A stretch of DNA of 63,245 nt, the filler included, from Octopus bimaculoides (lineage: Eukaryota), in assembly GCF_001194135.2 (NCBI RefSeq). It is 5 parts of 5 records of this genome, joined end to end, with 100 filler letters (N's around TTAATTAATTAA, not from the genome) between each part and the next. Parts side by side here need not be neighbours in the genome. Positions count along the whole stretch, not along the records: positions 61,221 to 63,245 come from NW_026375207.1; 4 more parts are not named here. The stretch is one strand, 5' to 3'. Under the pieces are notes generated by a model. It saw nothing but the letters and a program-made list of their open reading frames with translations. It did no database searches and had not been told where the DNA came from. Of this stretch, positions 61,221 through 63,245 are shown piece after piece (positions within the stretch are counted from its first letter, which is position 1; every line of letters begins with the position of its first letter). The position numbers and the translations under genes are program-made.

Positions 61221-63245
61221 AAACAACATCAATAATAAATAGCATAAACCTGGCCGCCACGGAACTAACATCCACAGAAACAACTGTCAATATCACTGAG
61301 CAGGATACTCCCTCAAATCCATCCGAACAGGAGGTCCACCACCCACACAAACATTGTGGATAAATAATATCCAAGACAAAATTAAAAAAAGAGAAAAGAT
61401 CTATTGATTCTCAATGAAATTAGTAGAGAATCAACTCAACTAAGTAACAAGAAGAAAACAAAAATACTGTACAAATACAGCATTATAGAAAAAGACTTAC
61501 CTGAGGCAAAACAAAGCTAAAGCAAAATATCCTTGCCAAAGCACAAAGGATCCGCCGGTATGAGAAACGCCAACGTTTCTTTGAACAAAGAAAACAGTTC
61601 AAATCCAACCCCAAAAAAATCTACCAAGAACTGGGTAANNNNNNNNNNCCTTGCCAAAGCACAAAGGATCCGCCGGTATGAGAAACGCCAACGTTTCTTT
61701 GAACAAAGAAAACAGTTCAAATCCAACCCCAAAAAAATCTACCAAGAACTGGGTAAAAATAAAATAGATATTACTGCAGCACCAACAGCAGAAGAAGTGG
61801 AAGAATTTTGGAAACAAATATGGTCGGTGAAGCAAAAACCCCAGAAAAGGACCATTAAAACAACACACTTAGCACCTGAGCAACTCTGGACCCCTATAAC
61901 AACTGAAGACGTCACCCAGGCACTGAAAAGTCTAAGCAACTGGAAGGCACCTGGACACGACAAGATCCCCAATTTCTGGTTAAAATACCTGACAGGAATG
62001 CATAAAAAGCTGGCTGAAAACTTTAACAACATACTAGCTTAGCCAGAGACAATGCCTGAATGGCTCACGAAAGGGAAAACCATCTTAATTCCCAAATCCA
62101 CGGAAACGGAGAAATCACAAGACTACAGACCTATAACCTGTCCCCCTACGATCTACAAAGCCTTTACTGCAATAATTTCACAGAGATTGAGTAAGCACCT
62201 GTAAAATAACAACCTGTTTCCAGAAGAGCAGAAGGGATGCTGAAAGGGCTCATATGGCTGTAAAGATCGATTAATGATCAATAAAGCCATAACTGAAGAC
62301 AGCCGCAGAAAGAAGAAAGGCCTCAATATGGCCTGGATCGACTACCGAAAGGCTTTCGACAGTGTTCCCCACACGTGGATTCTGGAAACACTAGCCATAA
62401 ACAAGGTGGCACCAATTATTATAGAATGCATAAGGCACTCTATGAATAAATGGCAGACAGTGCTACAGCTCCTAACAAAAGAGGGACTCGTGAAAACGAA
62501 AGCCATCCCCATTAGAAGAGGAATATTCCAGGGAGACACGCTCTCTCCACTCCTGTTCTTCCTGGCACTCACACCTTTAACTGAATTGCTAAATAGAACT
62601 GGATGCGGATACAAATGTTACGGCAAAGCAGTCTGCCACCTTATATATATGGATGACTTAAAATTATACGCTAGAAATGATAAAGAGATAGAAACACTAC
62701 TACATACAGTACATGGATTTACCAAGGAAATAGATATGAAATTCGGATTAGGAAAACGTGCAAAGCAACATCACACTAGATAAACCCAATGAAATAAGAG
62801 AACATGACGAAAGTCATCCGTACATATATTTAGGAATCAATGAACTAGATAGGATACAACACAAACAAATGAAGAACAAAATAAAGAAAGAGTACGATAG
62901 ACGAGTTAGATCAATACTAATAACAGAGCTCAATGTTAAAACAAGATAATAGGTATTAACCTTTTAGCCTTCCCAGTTATAATTATAATTTACAGATACA
63001 ATATCGTTAACTGGCTCTAAACGAACTATCTAAAATAGGAAAACAGGATAATTAATGACAGGATCTAGGATGCACCACCCAAAATCTGACATAGAAAGGC
63101 CATATATACAACATACAGAAGGTGGTAGGGGTTTTATACAGCTGGAATCCCATTATAAAATAACCACCATAGGACTGCAAAAATACCGACATCAGAAAAA
63201 AGGAAAACTAATACAAATAGCCACAAAACACGAGCAAAACAAAAA
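61221..63245 (+). mobile_element. R4/Dong-like LINE RT region, disrupted, continues past the window end
   Basis: WKAPGHDKIPNFWLK; YRPITC; IDYRKAFDSVPH; IFQGDTLSPLLF; HLIYMDDLKLYA; YIYLGI; HHPKSDIER..GGRG; contains stops and frameshifts. Confidence 0.92.

Noticed and set aside
61531-61756. Exact 108-bp direct duplication inside the last LINE
   Set aside because: The two copies flank a 10-N gap, typical of an unmerged contig overlap.

Overview
This is eukaryotic, AT-rich and very repeat-dense DNA from a draft assembly with many N gaps. Its SINE, RTE and microsatellite content matches what I recognise from octopod cephalopods; that assignment is from memory, not a database hit. There is no intact protein-coding gene, rRNA, tRNA gene or CRISPR array. 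The window is mostly a mosaic of dead or truncated retroelements: R4/Dong-like RLE LINEs (6 segments, one near full length at ~5.35-9.33 kb), HERO/NeSL-like pieces, a CRE-clade piece, RTE, CR1-like and L1/Tx1-like pieces, two Penelope-like lineages and three SINE families. It also holds small DNA transposons (hAT, Tc1/mariner MITEs, a Helitron-like 5' end) and microsatellites. Non-repeat signals are a CpG-retaining promoter-like block at ~25.9-26.4 kb (two GTCACGTGAT boxes plus TATA) and a few unassigned candidate exons. The most interesting items are a minimal type I hammerhead-ribozyme-like motif with a non-canonical CUGUUGA core in the Penelope pseudo-LTR (three copies, one with a filled/empty site pair), a head-to-tail SINE array with a minisatellite born from the SINE head, and a satellite born from an RTE 3' UTR. 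Four TTAATTAATTAA spacers inside 100-bp gaps are artificial joins, so adjacency across them is not established. Most element boundaries are approximate unless a TSD or TIR is quoted.
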